Below, one piece after another: positions 1 through 10,467 of a stretch of DNA of 64,000 nucleotides; position 1 is the stretch's first letter, and every line of letters begins with the position of its first letter. The position numbers were made by a program, and so were the translations under genes. Under the pieces are notes generated by a model. That model was not told the origin of the DNA. It made no database searches and worked only from the letters and a program-made list of their open reading frames with translations. The stretch comes from a virus (lineage: Duplodnaviria > Caudoviricetes): the IMG/VR virus record IMGVR_UViG_3300033068_001989, positions 143,752 to 207,751 of that record. One strand, written 5' to 3'.

Positions 1-1541
1 GAATTCTTCTGAAGAACTCTTAGTATGGATGTAACACCATCAGGGTCAACAGAACTAAATAATTCATCCAGAAAGAGAAGATTTATAGAGCTAAATTTTA
101 ATTTCATCAATTTCATTATAGCAATCAGTACGACAAAATCAACTTTTTTCATTTCACCAGTGCTTAGTGTTTGTACTGGTATTTCTATACCCATCTGATA
201 TATTGATGCTTTAAACTCATCGTCAAATATAACCTGATATTCCAAATGTAGGGATTCAAGTAAATCCATTATTTCGGAATTTAAGGATGGAAGTATCGTT
301 TTTATTGCCATCTGCTTAACACCCTTTTCGCTAAGTATATCATCAAGAGTTTTTACCCATGCATTCTTTTCAGCAGATTTGAAAACGTCATTCTTTATTT
401 TATCCCTATCAATCTCAAGATTCTTTATTATATTTTCCAATGATTTTAATTGCCCATCATTTTTTTTATTATTGAGCAATTCTATATCACGAATAATATC
501 CCTTATTCTCTGAGATATCTTGGTATTTTTTTCCTGCAGATCAGATTTTATAACTTTCATCTCAGATTCTTTATTTTTAAGATTAGTTATAACAACCTCT
601 GACTCATCTAATTTAGAAACAGATTCACTTAATTCATTCTCCATGGATTCTTTCTTATGTAAATGAAATCCACCACTTAAAGAGCCTTCACATGTTGGAC
701 ATAAATCGGATTCGTATAGTTTTAATCTACGATTAAGTGAATCAATATTACCTCTTATCTCCAAAAGTTCTTTAGTTGATTTATACAAAAGGTCCGCTAA
801 TTTTGTTTCCTCTTCCTTAAAATTATTTATCTTGGTCGTGTGTAATTCCTGTAGTTTTTTAAATGATTCAAGCGATTTATTTAGTTCGCTCATCTCATTT
901 TTTATATCCTCTTCCATCTGATTTAATAATGTCTCCATCTCCTCGGACGATCTTGAAATAGCAGATTCTGTTGTTGATAAGCTTCCAGAAAGTGTATCTA
1001 GAGATTCCTTTATCTTTTTGATCTCTCCCTTTAATAATTCCCTCATCTGATTCAATATATTAAACCCAAATATTTTATCGATGATTGCTCTTTTATCCTG
1101 AGGTGACATTTTTATAAAAGATTTGAAATCATTTATTGATAATGATATAGTGTTATTAAATACGTAATATGGTATTCCTATAAGATCATCAACAAGATAA
1201 GATTGTACGTTACTATTTCCTGCCTGATCGTAAGGAATCCCATTTATAGATAATGAGAAAACAGATGGCTCGAGACCTCTCTCGACCGTAATTATCTTTC
1301 CGTTATTCTCGAATTCTATTTTAACCCATGCATGACCATTTATTCTATTAGGAATATCACCTAATTTCTTACCTTCAACCTTCCCATATAAAGCAAATGC
1401 AATAACTTGGGATATTGTAGTCTTTCCTGCACCATTCTCCCCAACTATCTGAAAAAGACAAGCTTCGTTTGGGAATTCCAAAGTCTGTAATCTATTCCCA
1501 TATGATGAGAAATTTCTCCATTCAATTTTTAATATTTTCAT
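1..1541 (-). CDS. Rad50/SbcC-like recombination ATPase (T4 gp46-like), 3' end outside the window
   Basis: Translated by hand from ATG at 1541: MKILKIEWRNFSSYGN..GENGAGKT (Walker A), coiled coil with CPTC zinc hook, LSTGE signature, LLFLDE Walker B; start overlaps the stop of the Mre11-like gene. Confidence 0.92.
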   Translation of the reverse strand, partial: MKILKIEWRNFSSYGNRLQTLEFPNEACLFQIVGENGAGKTTISQVIAFALYGKVEGKKLGDIPNRINGHAWVKIEFENNGKIITVERGLEPSVFSLSINGIPYDQAGNSNVQSYLVDDLIGIPYYVFNNTISLSINDFKSFIKMSPQDKRAIIDKIFGFNILNQMRELLKGEIKKIKESLDTLSGSLSTTESAISRSSEEMETLLNQMEEDIKNEMSELNKSLESFKKLQELHTTKINNFKEEETKLADLLYKSTKELLEIRGNIDSLNRRLKLYESDLCPTCEGSLSGGFHLHKKESMENELSESVSKLDESEVVITNLKNKESEMKVIKSDLQEKNTKISQRIRDIIRDIELLNNKKNDGQLKSLENIIKNLEIDRDKIKNDVFKSAEKNAWVKTLDDILSEKGVKQMAIKTILPSLNSEIMDLLESLHLEYQVIFDDEFKASIYQMGIEIPVQTLSTGEMKKVDFVVLIAIMKLMKLKFSSINLLFLDELFSSVDPDGVTSILRVLQKN

Positions 1542-2659
1542 TATAACTTTTTCTCTTGTTCCTGATTTATTACTATATTATGGAGCTTAAATAAGCTTGA
1601 AATTATTTTTTCTTTAGTTTCGTCAACAACATCCATAGATTCTACGTACGATCTTATAAAATCCAGAACATTGAATTGTCCATTACCCTCAGATTCGATC
1701 ATCTGGTCGGTTAGTGTCGTACTTTTTCCAGGATCGTATGGATGGAATTTAAGAAATCTCTGAGTAGTTATCATATCAGTAAGCATACTAAGAGGAGCCT
1801 TTAAAGCCATTGTTGGGTCGATCATAATATCAACAAAATTATTCCTGAATTTAGGCTCAAGTTCATCTGGCGTTGATTCTAGTATATCAGCAAAATAGAA
1901 TTTCTTAAATCTAGGGGAAAATGTATTGGGATAAATCGTTTCTTCCATATCAGAAAGATCCAAAAGAGTTATCGATTTCTGATTATCCATATCCGATCTA
2001 GTCAACTCGTAAGGAGATCCTAGCATAGTTATGTTATCATGTTTCTGAGCATAATGTATATGGCCAGAATAAACTTTAGTAAACTTCTTAAATTTACTAA
2101 TATCCGCACCAGATTCGACATTAACAAACCTATTGAATTTCAATCCTCTTATATCGGCATGACAACATAAGACATCGTGAGGTTCTATGAGATCAAGCGT
2201 TTCCGCCTCTGTGTTATGATCCTTCCTCCATGGCATTAGGAAAAAATCTTTATCCATCAATTTAAGAGTAACAGGATCCTCAAATATATTTATTCCAGGT
2301 ATCCATTTTATTGACTTGAGTGAATTGACATCGTTTGTGTTCTTACCAAATATGTCATGATTTCCTATTATTACATATACACCATCAACAAAGATTGAAG
2401 ATAGTTCTTCAGCAATAGATATACCAAGATTAAGTACCTTTAGGTTTATACTTTGTCGAGAATCAAAAAAATCGCCAAGATGAATAAGTACATCACCTGG
2501 CTTATAATTTTTTCTTACTAAAGGAAAAAACCAATCAAAGAAATACTCCCTTGTTTGGTCTATCCATTCATTTGAATTGTTTCTTACACCTAAATGAGTA
2601 TCCGTTATAAACCAAACTCTCCGTGCTTTATCGTTTACTAATTTTAAGGGCTCATTCAT
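1541..2659 (-). CDS. Mre11/SbcD-like nuclease (T4 gp47-like)
   Basis: Metallophosphoesterase motifs DTHLG, GDFFD, GNHD, SGHIH; adjacent to the Rad50-like gene. Confidence 0.92.
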   Translation of the reverse strand: MNEPLKLVNDKARRVWFITDTHLGVRNNSNEWIDQTREYFFDWFFPLVRKNYKPGDVLIHLGDFFDSRQSINLKVLNLGISIAEELSSIFVDGVYVIIGNHDIFGKNTNDVNSLKSIKWIPGINIFEDPVTLKLMDKDFFLMPWRKDHNTEAETLDLIEPHDVLCCHADIRGLKFNRFVNVESGADISKFKKFTKVYSGHIHYAQKHDNITMLGSPYELTRSDMDNQKSITLLDLSDMEETIYPNTFSPRFKKFYFADILESTPDELEPKFRNNFVDIMIDPTMALKAPLSMLTDMITTQRFLKFHPYDPGKSTTLTDQMIESEGNGQFNVLDFIRSYVESMDVVDETKEKIISSLFKLHNIVINQEQEKKL

Positions 2660-2660
2660 A

Positions 2661-3149
2661 CTAAAACAATTTTCTAATTTTTCTTTTTGACAAAATGCTA
2701 TATTTTATTTCTAGCTCATTTATGATCATCTCCTTGTATTTTATGGGAGTTATCTCATATGCTTTGGCGTATGGTATTTGTACATAATCACATATAGAAA
2801 CAAATTTTTCAGAAAATGAATATTCAGTATCCTCTAATTTTTCAAGTATCTCCTGAAATAGATGCGGAACCAAATCCTTCGGTATCTTTTTTTTGTAACT
2901 CAAAGGAAACCATCTAGAAGTTTGGAATGCCTCATATACGAGCTCTTCCAGTTTCTTACGATGAAGATATTCCTCTTCGTCGTACGTTTCACTTAATATG
3001 TTATGGCTTTGATCTATATCAAAACTATCATTATAATCGTTATCCTTAGTGGGATTATTATGTGCTCCAAATATCTTATCACCAAGCTGTTTTTTTGCAA
3101 CTTCCGGAGTTCCATTTTCGTTTTCCGGAGTTTCTTGGGTTTCTTCCAT
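2661..3149 (-). CDS. hypothetical protein
   Basis: 162-aa ORF tightly packed in the replication operon. Confidence 0.75.
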   Translation of the reverse strand: MEETQETPENENGTPEVAKKQLGDKIFGAHNNPTKDNDYNDSFDIDQSHNILSETYDEEEYLHRKKLEELVYEAFQTSRWFPLSYKKKIPKDLVPHLFQEILEKLEDTEYSFSEKFVSICDYVQIPYAKAYEITPIKYKEMIINELEIKYSILSKRKIRKLF

Positions 3150-3165
3150 TTTTTAATGGTTATTT

Positions 3166-4464
3166 TTACTCTACGTGCATAGGTACATTAACGTCCTCAG
3201 TAATTCTCATATACTTGTAATCAACGCTAAATACCTTGTAGGCATTTTTATAGCCATCATCTCTATTTGCTAATATTTTTAATTTATATTCCTTATTAGC
3301 ATACATTATTGGATCTTGAATTATACCGAACATTCCGTCAACGGTAGCAACAAGACCTGATGATTCAGCTGCTGAGTTTATACTTAAATCAGAAGCATCA
3401 AAGTCACCTTGTTTGGTTTGTGTAGCAGTAATAATAGACCAATTGTTTTGCATGGCCATACCCCTTAAATCCTCAGCAATTTGTTTTATCTTCATGTAGG
3501 TATTCTCAGAATTTGCATTCCTCCAATTCTTCATAATATTAATATAATCAACCACAATAACCTTAAATTTAATACCTTTAATTTCCTCCATCTTTTTGAG
3601 ATATCTCTCAATGTCATTAACAGATGCTTGTGAAGTTGGAAACTCCTTAATTGCTAAATGACCAGGGACCTTCAGATTGTCATACATCATAGATCCCAAT
3701 TTTTTCTTCATTGCTTGTTCATCATCAGCAATTTTATTATATTCAGAGACAGGGACACCTAATATATTTGCACCCATTCTCTTAACGTATTTTCTGTCAC
3801 TCATTTCAAGAGATAATACTGCAACATTATGTCCAGTTTTAACTGCCTGTGCTGCTATATTACCAAGCCATAACGATTTACCAACTTTTGGCATTCCCAT
3901 AAAAACATATAATGCCTTGGCAGAAAATCCTCCACCCAGGACAGTATCAATAAAAGGAAATCCACTAGAGAATGTATTCTGTGTTAATTGCTTATGGTTC
4001 TCAGGATTAAAGAAATCTAACCCTTCATCGAAGCTGAAATTTATACTGTTTCTTTCAACTATAATATTCTTAAAAGTGTCAATAACAGTCTTAATATTCT
4101 CTGATGAAACTGGGGTTGATTGTATATACTTAAGACCATCAACCGCAGATTTAGTTAGATTCTTATATTCAACAAAGAATTCAGTTGTTTCTTTTAACCA
4201 TGCATCCTCGTATTTTGAAAGGTCTATACCATATATGGATCTTATCTCAGAGTGATCCACTAGATTACCACCCTTCATTTTAAAGGATTCTATCATTTGC
4301 TCAGCTGATGGCATTTCGTGATATTTCTCCCAAAATTCCTTAACACCAGAAAATATTAAACCTAACGATTCATTCTTAAAGAAATCAGATTTGCAGGTAT
4401 CAAGATAAGGTGAATTTTGGAGTATATACCTAAGTATTACGTTCTCTGAGTGTGTTAAATCCAT
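3166..4464 (-). CDS. DnaB-like replicative helicase (T4 gp41-like)
   Basis: Walker A GMPKVGKS, SLEM, VIVVDYI, TATQ, AAESSG motifs of SF4 helicases. Confidence 0.92.
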   Translation of the reverse strand: MDLTHSENVILRYILQNSPYLDTCKSDFFKNESLGLIFSGVKEFWEKYHEMPSAEQMIESFKMKGGNLVDHSEIRSIYGIDLSKYEDAWLKETTEFFVEYKNLTKSAVDGLKYIQSTPVSSENIKTVIDTFKNIIVERNSINFSFDEGLDFFNPENHKQLTQNTFSSGFPFIDTVLGGGFSAKALYVFMGMPKVGKSLWLGNIAAQAVKTGHNVAVLSLEMSDRKYVKRMGANILGVPVSEYNKIADDEQAMKKKLGSMMYDNLKVPGHLAIKEFPTSQASVNDIERYLKKMEEIKGIKFKVIVVDYINIMKNWRNANSENTYMKIKQIAEDLRGMAMQNNWSIITATQTKQGDFDASDLSINSAAESSGLVATVDGMFGIIQDPIMYANKEYKLKILANRDDGYKNAYKVFSVDYKYMRITEDVNVPMHVE

Positions 4465-4469
4465 TTTTT

Positions 4470-4802
4470 TTAATTTTTATAATAAGGGTTATTATTAATC
4501 CTATACCATATCTTACTTGCGGTGCTTTTTTTTGTTTCTATAAAATCTCCATCATCGATCATTTTTTTAATAATCGCTCCATGAGATTCGCTTTCCCACC
4601 TTGGGCCAAATATTGAATTGAATGTTTGCGGTGAGAATTCACCATTGGGTCTTTTATCCTTAAGAAGATATAGACTAATTTCATAGACTATATCTTCCTT
4701 AGTTGGGTAATTAGGAAGAGTCTTCCAAACGCCCATGATATATTTGAATTTTATGTTATTCTTCTCCATTCTCTTCACCAGCTTCTTCGTCAAGTTCATC
4801 AC
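4470..4802 (-). CDS. hypothetical protein
   Basis: ORF between uvsX and the helicase; true start may be internal (MEKNN). Confidence 0.65.
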   Translation of the reverse strand: MMNLTKKLVKRMEKNNIKFKYIMGVWKTLPNYPTKEDIVYEISLYLLKDKRPNGEFSPQTFNSIFGPRWESESHGAIIKKMIDDGDFIETKKSTASKIWYRINNNPYYKN

Positions 4803-5955
4803 TTAGTGAACCTAGTAATTCTGAGTGATCCGCAAGATCTGGAAATTTAAACTTGTTCTGTATGACATTATTATCAAGCATTTCCAAAACCTCCTGAGTG
4901 AAAACTTTATCAGTAAACAATTCAGTAGAAGCTACCGTTTTACCTAGATGTTTAACTCCCCATCTTGTTGACGAAGCACTAGGTTTAAAAACTTGTTCTT
5001 TTTTTCCATCTGCATTTTTTACTTCCTCGAATTTACCTCTTTCTATTCCACAAGCTTCCCAAGAAACATAATCCTGTAAACCAACATAAGGATTCATACC
5101 ATTAGAAAAGGAGATGTGAAATTTTATAGGTTCTGGGATAGTAAATCTACTTTTCTTAAGTGTTGATGTACAAACGATACCGGTTTTTGTACCAGCACCA
5201 TCCTTTAATTGAGCCTTAGATAAGAAAGCAACAACCGACATAGCAAATATTGGTCCATCACCACCAGAACTTTCCTTCGTCGGAATATAAGCTCCACCTC
5301 CAGCATAAACGTGATTGGTACAGATCAATGGTACTTTAGCAGCAGTAAGATCAAGTGTTATGACACGAAATAATTTTCTAAGCTCTTTGGCTTTAGCACC
5401 CATATCGGAAGCATTGTGTCCTTTCATCGCATCAGAAAGTTCCTTATCTGTACTTAACATACCTAAAGAGTCAAGAACTATAAGAATTTTTGGTGCTTCT
5501 CCATTCGCTTTTGCCTTCTTGACCATATCAAGAACATTAGAAACAAATGTTTGGAATTGAGAAACCGTCTGTATAGGCTGATATCTAATTTTATTCATAT
5601 CAATACCAAATTTAACAGCCCCAGATTTATCTATCGCTCCTTCGGTATCACAATAGATAACGTCATAACCAATTTTTTGGGCCTCTCTAACAACATTTAG
5701 ACAGAAGAATGATTTCCCTGTACCAGGATCACCCATAACTCCGAAGGACCTTGAATTAGGTACACCTCCAAATAACGAGCCGGAAATTTGTGCATTTAGT
5801 AGATAGTTACCTGTAGGTATCCATTCATCAACCTCACTAAAAGTATTTGTTGCTAGAATAGAACCAGTTTCAAATCCTGATATTTTGGATAATGCTTTGT
5901 CCATGTTCATAAAAGAGAAACCGGACGATGTTTTTGTTGTTTGCGTTTTAGCCAT
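4756..5955 (-). CDS. uvsX: RecA-like recombinase (UvsX-like)
   Basis: GDPGTGKS Walker A, DTEGA, LDSLGML, NHVY, SGG motifs; T4-like gene context. Confidence 0.9.
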   Translation of the reverse strand: MAKTQTTKTSSGFSFMNMDKALSKISGFETGSILATNTFSEVDEWIPTGNYLLNAQISGSLFGGVPNSRSFGVMGDPGTGKSFFCLNVVREAQKIGYDVIYCDTEGAIDKSGAVKFGIDMNKIRYQPIQTVSQFQTFVSNVLDMVKKAKANGEAPKILIVLDSLGMLSTDKELSDAMKGHNASDMGAKAKELRKLFRVITLDLTAAKVPLICTNHVYAGGGAYIPTKESSGGDGPIFAMSVVAFLSKAQLKDGAGTKTGIVCTSTLKKSRFTIPEPIKFHISFSNGMNPYVGLQDYVSWEACGIERGKFEEVKNADGKKEQVFKPSASSTRWGVKHLGKTVASTELFTDKVFTQEVLEMLDNNVIQNKFKFPDLADHSELLGSLSDELDEEAGEENGEE

Positions 5956-6217
5956 ATTAAATTAATATTTTTGTCTATTATAATATGGTAAATCCCATGG
6001 TTTGTTTCTTTTTTAAATGAATTATTAAGATTTGGGTATCTTATTCTATTTAAAAATTGGGGGGTAGTAATAAGTTTATATATAATTAAAGTTTGGGCTC
6101 TTAGTTGTACTAGATAGATAATAGATTCTTCGCCGGGGTAATTAAGATAATTATCTTATCCGACATTTTGGATTTTGTTTCCGATTTTTTAGCCTTTAAC
6201 GAAACTTTAACGATTTA

Positions 6218-7231
6218 TTATATTTTTGGTGCTTTTATTAGCTCCTTTATCTTTTTTTGATTTTTTATTATTGAATCCGCATCTTTCTGTAGCTCCTTAA
6301 AACTTTTTTTATCCTTGATGTTATATTTTTTCTTCGTTGAAGAGCTTACTACAGTTGCAGCTTCTTCCGCGCACGGGTCGTCTTTCTCTGACCATATATC
6401 CTCATCAGATGTTTCTATCTGCAATTTTCTTAGATTCTCTCTAAATTTTCTAACTGCTTCTGGTACTTGTTTTGACGGTTCAGCTTCTCTATCTATTAAT
6501 ATCATAGATTCAGCTTCACTTCCTGGTTTATATTTTACAGCTTCTGATCCCTTTTTTCCATTAATAACACCTTCTATAGCATCGAGTCCTCTTTTCACTA
6601 CCTTATCCATATCCTTCTGTGCTATCTCAAAATCTCTCATCTCTGCATTTTTAATTTCGACGAGTACTTCTATTGCTTTAGCTACTAGATCATTACCAGT
6701 TGATAAATATTCATTAGATTCGAATCCCTCGTTGTTCTTTCCTAAAAATTCTCTAACCCAAGTATCGAGTGCTCCTCCGCCGCCTCTTTGTATTATCTTA
6801 TCTAGTTTATCTGATATTTCATCTAGCTGTTTTTTTCTTCCCTCCTCTAATCCTCCATTTTTTTCATATTTGAATTTATTTGTCATCTCCTGCTCACCTG
6901 CTTCAGAAATTATAGACTGTACTGTTTTTATAGATTGCTGTAGAAATGTTATCATTTCTGCACCAGATTCCTTAGCTCTTTTATATAGATCAGTACCTTG
7001 CAAACTTCTGAGAACGCTATCTATTGTATTTGCAGCATCAAAAATTGCAGTTTGTAATATCTCGGCTCTGTATAATTGATCTTGTACCTGTGTATTATAT
7101 GCTGGCTTTTCTCCTTTATCTAATACCGTACCCGACATTGCTCCTTGTCCAACTCCGCTAGCCCACTGTCTTGCTTGATTTAACCAAGATCCGAAGCTCT
7201 CATTTATTATTTTATTTCTAGTATCCGACAT
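6218..7231 (-). CDS. hypothetical protein, putative virion-internal
   Basis: 337-aa helical ORF with IINE near the N-terminus; in an operon under a late-type promoter. Confidence 0.7.
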   Translation of the reverse strand: MSDTRNKIINESFGSWLNQARQWASGVGQGAMSGTVLDKGEKPAYNTQVQDQLYRAEILQTAIFDAANTIDSVLRSLQGTDLYKRAKESGAEMITFLQQSIKTVQSIISEAGEQEMTNKFKYEKNGGLEEGRKKQLDEISDKLDKIIQRGGGGALDTWVREFLGKNNEGFESNEYLSTGNDLVAKAIEVLVEIKNAEMRDFEIAQKDMDKVVKRGLDAIEGVINGKKGSEAVKYKPGSEAESMILIDREAEPSKQVPEAVRKFRENLRKLQIETSDEDIWSEKDDPCAEEAATVVSSSTKKKYNIKDKKSFKELQKDADSIIKNQKKIKELIKAPKI

Positions 7232-7960
7232 TTAATTTTTACCTAGTATATTTTTAGCTTCCTTAGTTATTATTTCAAGATATCTTTTACCTGATTTGCT
7301 ATTTTCTTTCTCTTCAGATTCAGATTCCATATTTTGTAGACAAACAATAGCACCTTTTTTATAAACCTTTACTGCTTGCATATAATAATCCAAAGCTTTT
7401 CCTATCTTCATGAAATATAGTGAATTTGATTTAGTTAGTTTGGAATTTGCTTCGAGTCTTATTTCTTTAGCCTGCTCCTCGTACTGAGTATCACTTATTT
7501 TTTTGGTGTTTCTCTGTTGATCCAAATCCGTTATACTTTTTCTGAACGCATCTAGAACCAATCCCTCCTGATCAAATGCATTTATTGACGATAGTTCACC
7601 TTTGCTTGCATTTTGCCAATCCCCACCTAGATAATCACTTATTTTTTCAATTTCGTCCCATAGTTTTCTATGTGATTCGTATGTAGGTTTAACGTTTCCT
7701 GATATTGCAGTTATTCTATTAATACTAGTGTTTCCCTTATCTGGATTTATAGGTGCTAAGTTAGTAGACATACTCTTGAGAACTGATGCTGCTTGAGTTA
7801 GAAATATAGTATACAATCCGGCCGAGTCATCACCTGTGTCCTGTTTAGGTATATTCATATTATCCCTATAAGTATCACCAGTTTTTGATGGCGTGTTTTG
7901 CTCTACTGGATCTCCTTTTTTCTCGTAGATTCTAAAATCGTGAAATTTCTTTATTTCCAT
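7232..7960 (-). CDS. hypothetical protein, putative virion-internal
   Basis: N-terminus MEIKKFHDFRIYE matches the shared N-terminal motif. Confidence 0.7.
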   Translation of the reverse strand: MEIKKFHDFRIYEKKGDPVEQNTPSKTGDTYRDNMNIPKQDTGDDSAGLYTIFLTQAASVLKSMSTNLAPINPDKGNTSINRITAISGNVKPTYESHRKLWDEIEKISDYLGGDWQNASKGELSSINAFDQEGLVLDAFRKSITDLDQQRNTKKISDTQYEEQAKEIRLEANSKLTKSNSLYFMKIGKALDYYMQAVKVYKKGAIVCLQNMESESEEKENSKSGKRYLEIITKEAKNILGKN

Positions 7961-9339
7961 TATTTACTCTTTCCGCTAACTATATCCTGTATTTTAGCTT
8001 GTATTTTTGGATCTGTCCAGTTTTTAACCATTGTTTGGAATTCTGGTGTTAATTTTTTACCATCATCGGTTGATTTTACTAGATCATCGCCGGTATTACC
8101 ACCTATCAATTTAGCGACTCTTCTTATAGCTTCCTCTGTATTTTTTCCATATCCTCCATCAGCTTTTATCTGTTGGCTATCCGGTAATATTGCATTAAGC
8201 TTTTCCTGGAAATCTTTTATCGCTTGATAATTAGAACCGCTTTTTTTAAGATTTTCCTTTTCTATATTACCTGATTTTATCTCTTTAAGATCTGAGGATG
8301 TATCTTCTTTCTTATCGCCCTCTTTCTTCTTAGCTTCGGCAGCAGCCTGCTTATTAACAAGCTCTGATGCTTTAGTTTTTATTTCCTTAGATTTATCTTC
8401 AACTGAGGTAAGACTGTCTGTTACTTCTTTATCTATTTTTATCTGAGATGTGAATTTAGTTGTAGCGTCGTTCATTGAGCTTTGTATTTTTTCAACCTCT
8501 GCCGGTATTTCAGCTAATCTCTCTTTTCTCTCTCTCCTCTTCATTTTGTCCCATGTATCATCCTTGCTTAATTCATCAGATAATTTACTCATTGCATCAA
8601 ATGCTGTTTTAGCAGCTTGTTTATATGTGCTATCTAGAGTTGTCTCCTCAACAGTTTTAAATTGGGCCATTTTCGGTGTTACTATCGTTGTTAGCAATTC
8701 GGATCTTCTTTCAGGGAATAGATTTTTATCAAATAATCCTTCATTTAATTGTAATTCTTCTCTCCAAGCCTGGAATGATTCCTCCACTGGGGTTTTAGCT
8801 TTTTTAAGCTCAGCTGCAAGCTCTGTAACATATTTATTGATAGAATCATCTATTCTTTTATTGATACCATCCAAAGATTTTTTCCCTTCCTCTGAAGTAA
8901 CAAGAGTTGTGTACGATTTCTTTAATAAATCAGAAAATGCTGTAACGTCTCCACCGATTTGTGATTTATAATCGCCATTAAGTTTTTGAGATACTTTTTT
9001 AATTATATCCGCCATGGTATCACCTTTTTTAAGTGGATCTGTTTGTTGTGATATACTTTGAAGATCCGCAACTACATCGCTATATCCACCATCTATACCT
9101 GAAATTATAACGAAATAGATATCAATAAATGCGTTATATAACTGATCACCAACTGATGTAGCTGCTGTTGGTGCATTATTGCTTTTGGCTGCATCTTTTT
9201 TATCAGCTGGTTCTACTGGTGCTGGTGTTGCTCCCGCAGCTGGTGCTGGTGTTGCTGGTGTTGCTGGTGTTGCTCCCGCAGCTGGTGTATCAGCTTCGAA
9301 TATTTTTCCGTATGAATTAAAATCTAATACTCTTTTCAT
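7960..9339 (-). CDS. putative virion protein with a C-terminal peptidoglycan-binding-like domain
   Basis: MKRVLDFNSY..FE N-terminus, Pro/Ala/Thr linker, C-terminal AIKDFQEKLN..ADGGYGKNTEEAI resembles PG_binding_1. Confidence 0.7.
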   Translation of the reverse strand: MKRVLDFNSYGKIFEADTPAAGATPATPATPAPAAGATPAPVEPADKKDAAKSNNAPTAATSVGDQLYNAFIDIYFVIISGIDGGYSDVVADLQSISQQTDPLKKGDTMADIIKKVSQKLNGDYKSQIGGDVTAFSDLLKKSYTTLVTSEEGKKSLDGINKRIDDSINKYVTELAAELKKAKTPVEESFQAWREELQLNEGLFDKNLFPERRSELLTTIVTPKMAQFKTVEETTLDSTYKQAAKTAFDAMSKLSDELSKDDTWDKMKRRERKERLAEIPAEVEKIQSSMNDATTKFTSQIKIDKEVTDSLTSVEDKSKEIKTKASELVNKQAAAEAKKKEGDKKEDTSSDLKEIKSGNIEKENLKKSGSNYQAIKDFQEKLNAILPDSQQIKADGGYGKNTEEAIRRVAKLIGGNTGDDLVKSTDDGKKLTPEFQTMVKNWTDPKIQAKIQDIVSGKSK

Positions 9340-9371
9340 AATATAGTTTGTATTTTTTAATAGTATATATC

Positions 9372-9406
9372 AAAAAAAAAACACATAACTAAAGTTATGT
9401 GTTTTT
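9372..9406. terminator. intrinsic terminator after gmd
   Basis: aaaaacacataact/agttatgtgttttt inverted repeat flanked by A/T tracts. Confidence 0.75.
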
Positions 9407-9475
9407 GCTTATTATAGATTCCAATATCCCATTATTAGTAAATATTTCTATTCGCTAAATTTCACATGCCTATTT

Positions 9476-10462
9476 TTAATTATTTTTATAATACTCGATC
9501 CAATGTGATATCATCTCGTCTAGCATCGTTTCGAATGTATAACTAGGGAGCCATCCTATTTCTTTTCTTAATTTAGTTGAATCACCTTTTAGATCCTCTA
9601 ATTCTTCGGGTCTAAGGTATTTTTCGCTAGTCTCTACATAATCTTCCCATCTAAGCTCCAATTTATCAAAAACATATTCAACCAATTCTTTAACAGTGTG
9701 TGATTCACCAGTGGAGCAAACAAAGTCTCCTGGTACATCCTGCTGTAACATCATCCACATAGCTTTAACGTAATCTTTTGCGTGACCCCAATCTCTAGAC
9801 GCATTTAGATTGCCTAGAACGAGCTTTTTTTCAAGACCCAACTTAATCTCTACCGCTGTCTTTACAACCTTGTTAGTGACAAAATTAACACCTCTACGGG
9901 GTGATTCATGATTGAATAAGATACCATTGCTTATGAACATATCATAGGAATTCCTATAATTTCTACAGATATTATAGGAAAATACTTTAGCACAGCCATA
10001 TGGTGAAACTGGATTCATCTGTGTTGATTCCCTTTGATATCCATCCTGGTCTATCGTATTCCCAAACATTTCTGATGATGATGCCTGATATATTCTTATA
10101 TTTTTATTATGTAATCTTATTGCTTCGAGTAGATTAAGCGTACCTATTCCTGTTGCTTGTGCAGTATATACCGGCTGATCGAATGATATTCTTACATGCG
10201 ATTGTGCAGCTAGATTATAAACCTCAGATGGATCTGATATTTTTAATGCATGAAGAAGTGAGGGTACATCTAGTAAATCTGCATAGATGAGATTATCCTT
10301 TATTTTATCATATATGGTATCAAGTCTGGATGTTTGATTTTCTGATACCGAGTTTCTTTTTATTGTACCAAATACTTCGTAACCCTTATCAATTAAAAAT
10401 TCTGCAAGATAGCTACCATCCTGCCCATTTATACCTGTTATTAATGCTCTTGTTTTTTCCAT
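9476..10462 (-). CDS. gmd: GDP-mannose 4,6-dehydratase
   Basis: ALITGINGQDGSYLAEFL, LAAQSHV, QASSSE, SPYGCAK, NHESPRRG, RDWGHAKDYV. Confidence 0.97.
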   Translation of the reverse strand: MEKTRALITGINGQDGSYLAEFLIDKGYEVFGTIKRNSVSENQTSRLDTIYDKIKDNLIYADLLDVPSLLHALKISDPSEVYNLAAQSHVRISFDQPVYTAQATGIGTLNLLEAIRLHNKNIRIYQASSSEMFGNTIDQDGYQRESTQMNPVSPYGCAKVFSYNICRNYRNSYDMFISNGILFNHESPRRGVNFVTNKVVKTAVEIKLGLEKKLVLGNLNASRDWGHAKDYVKAMWMMLQQDVPGDFVCSTGESHTVKELVEYVFDKLELRWEDYVETSEKYLRPEELEDLKGDSTKLRKEIGWLPSYTFETMLDEMISHWIEYYKNN

Positions 10463-10467
10463 GTATA

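Noticed and set aside
3677-8971. Long plus-strand ORFs (3677-4255, 6315-7079, 8450-8971 and similar ones elsewhere)
   Set aside because: Antisense shadows of well-supported minus-strand genes.
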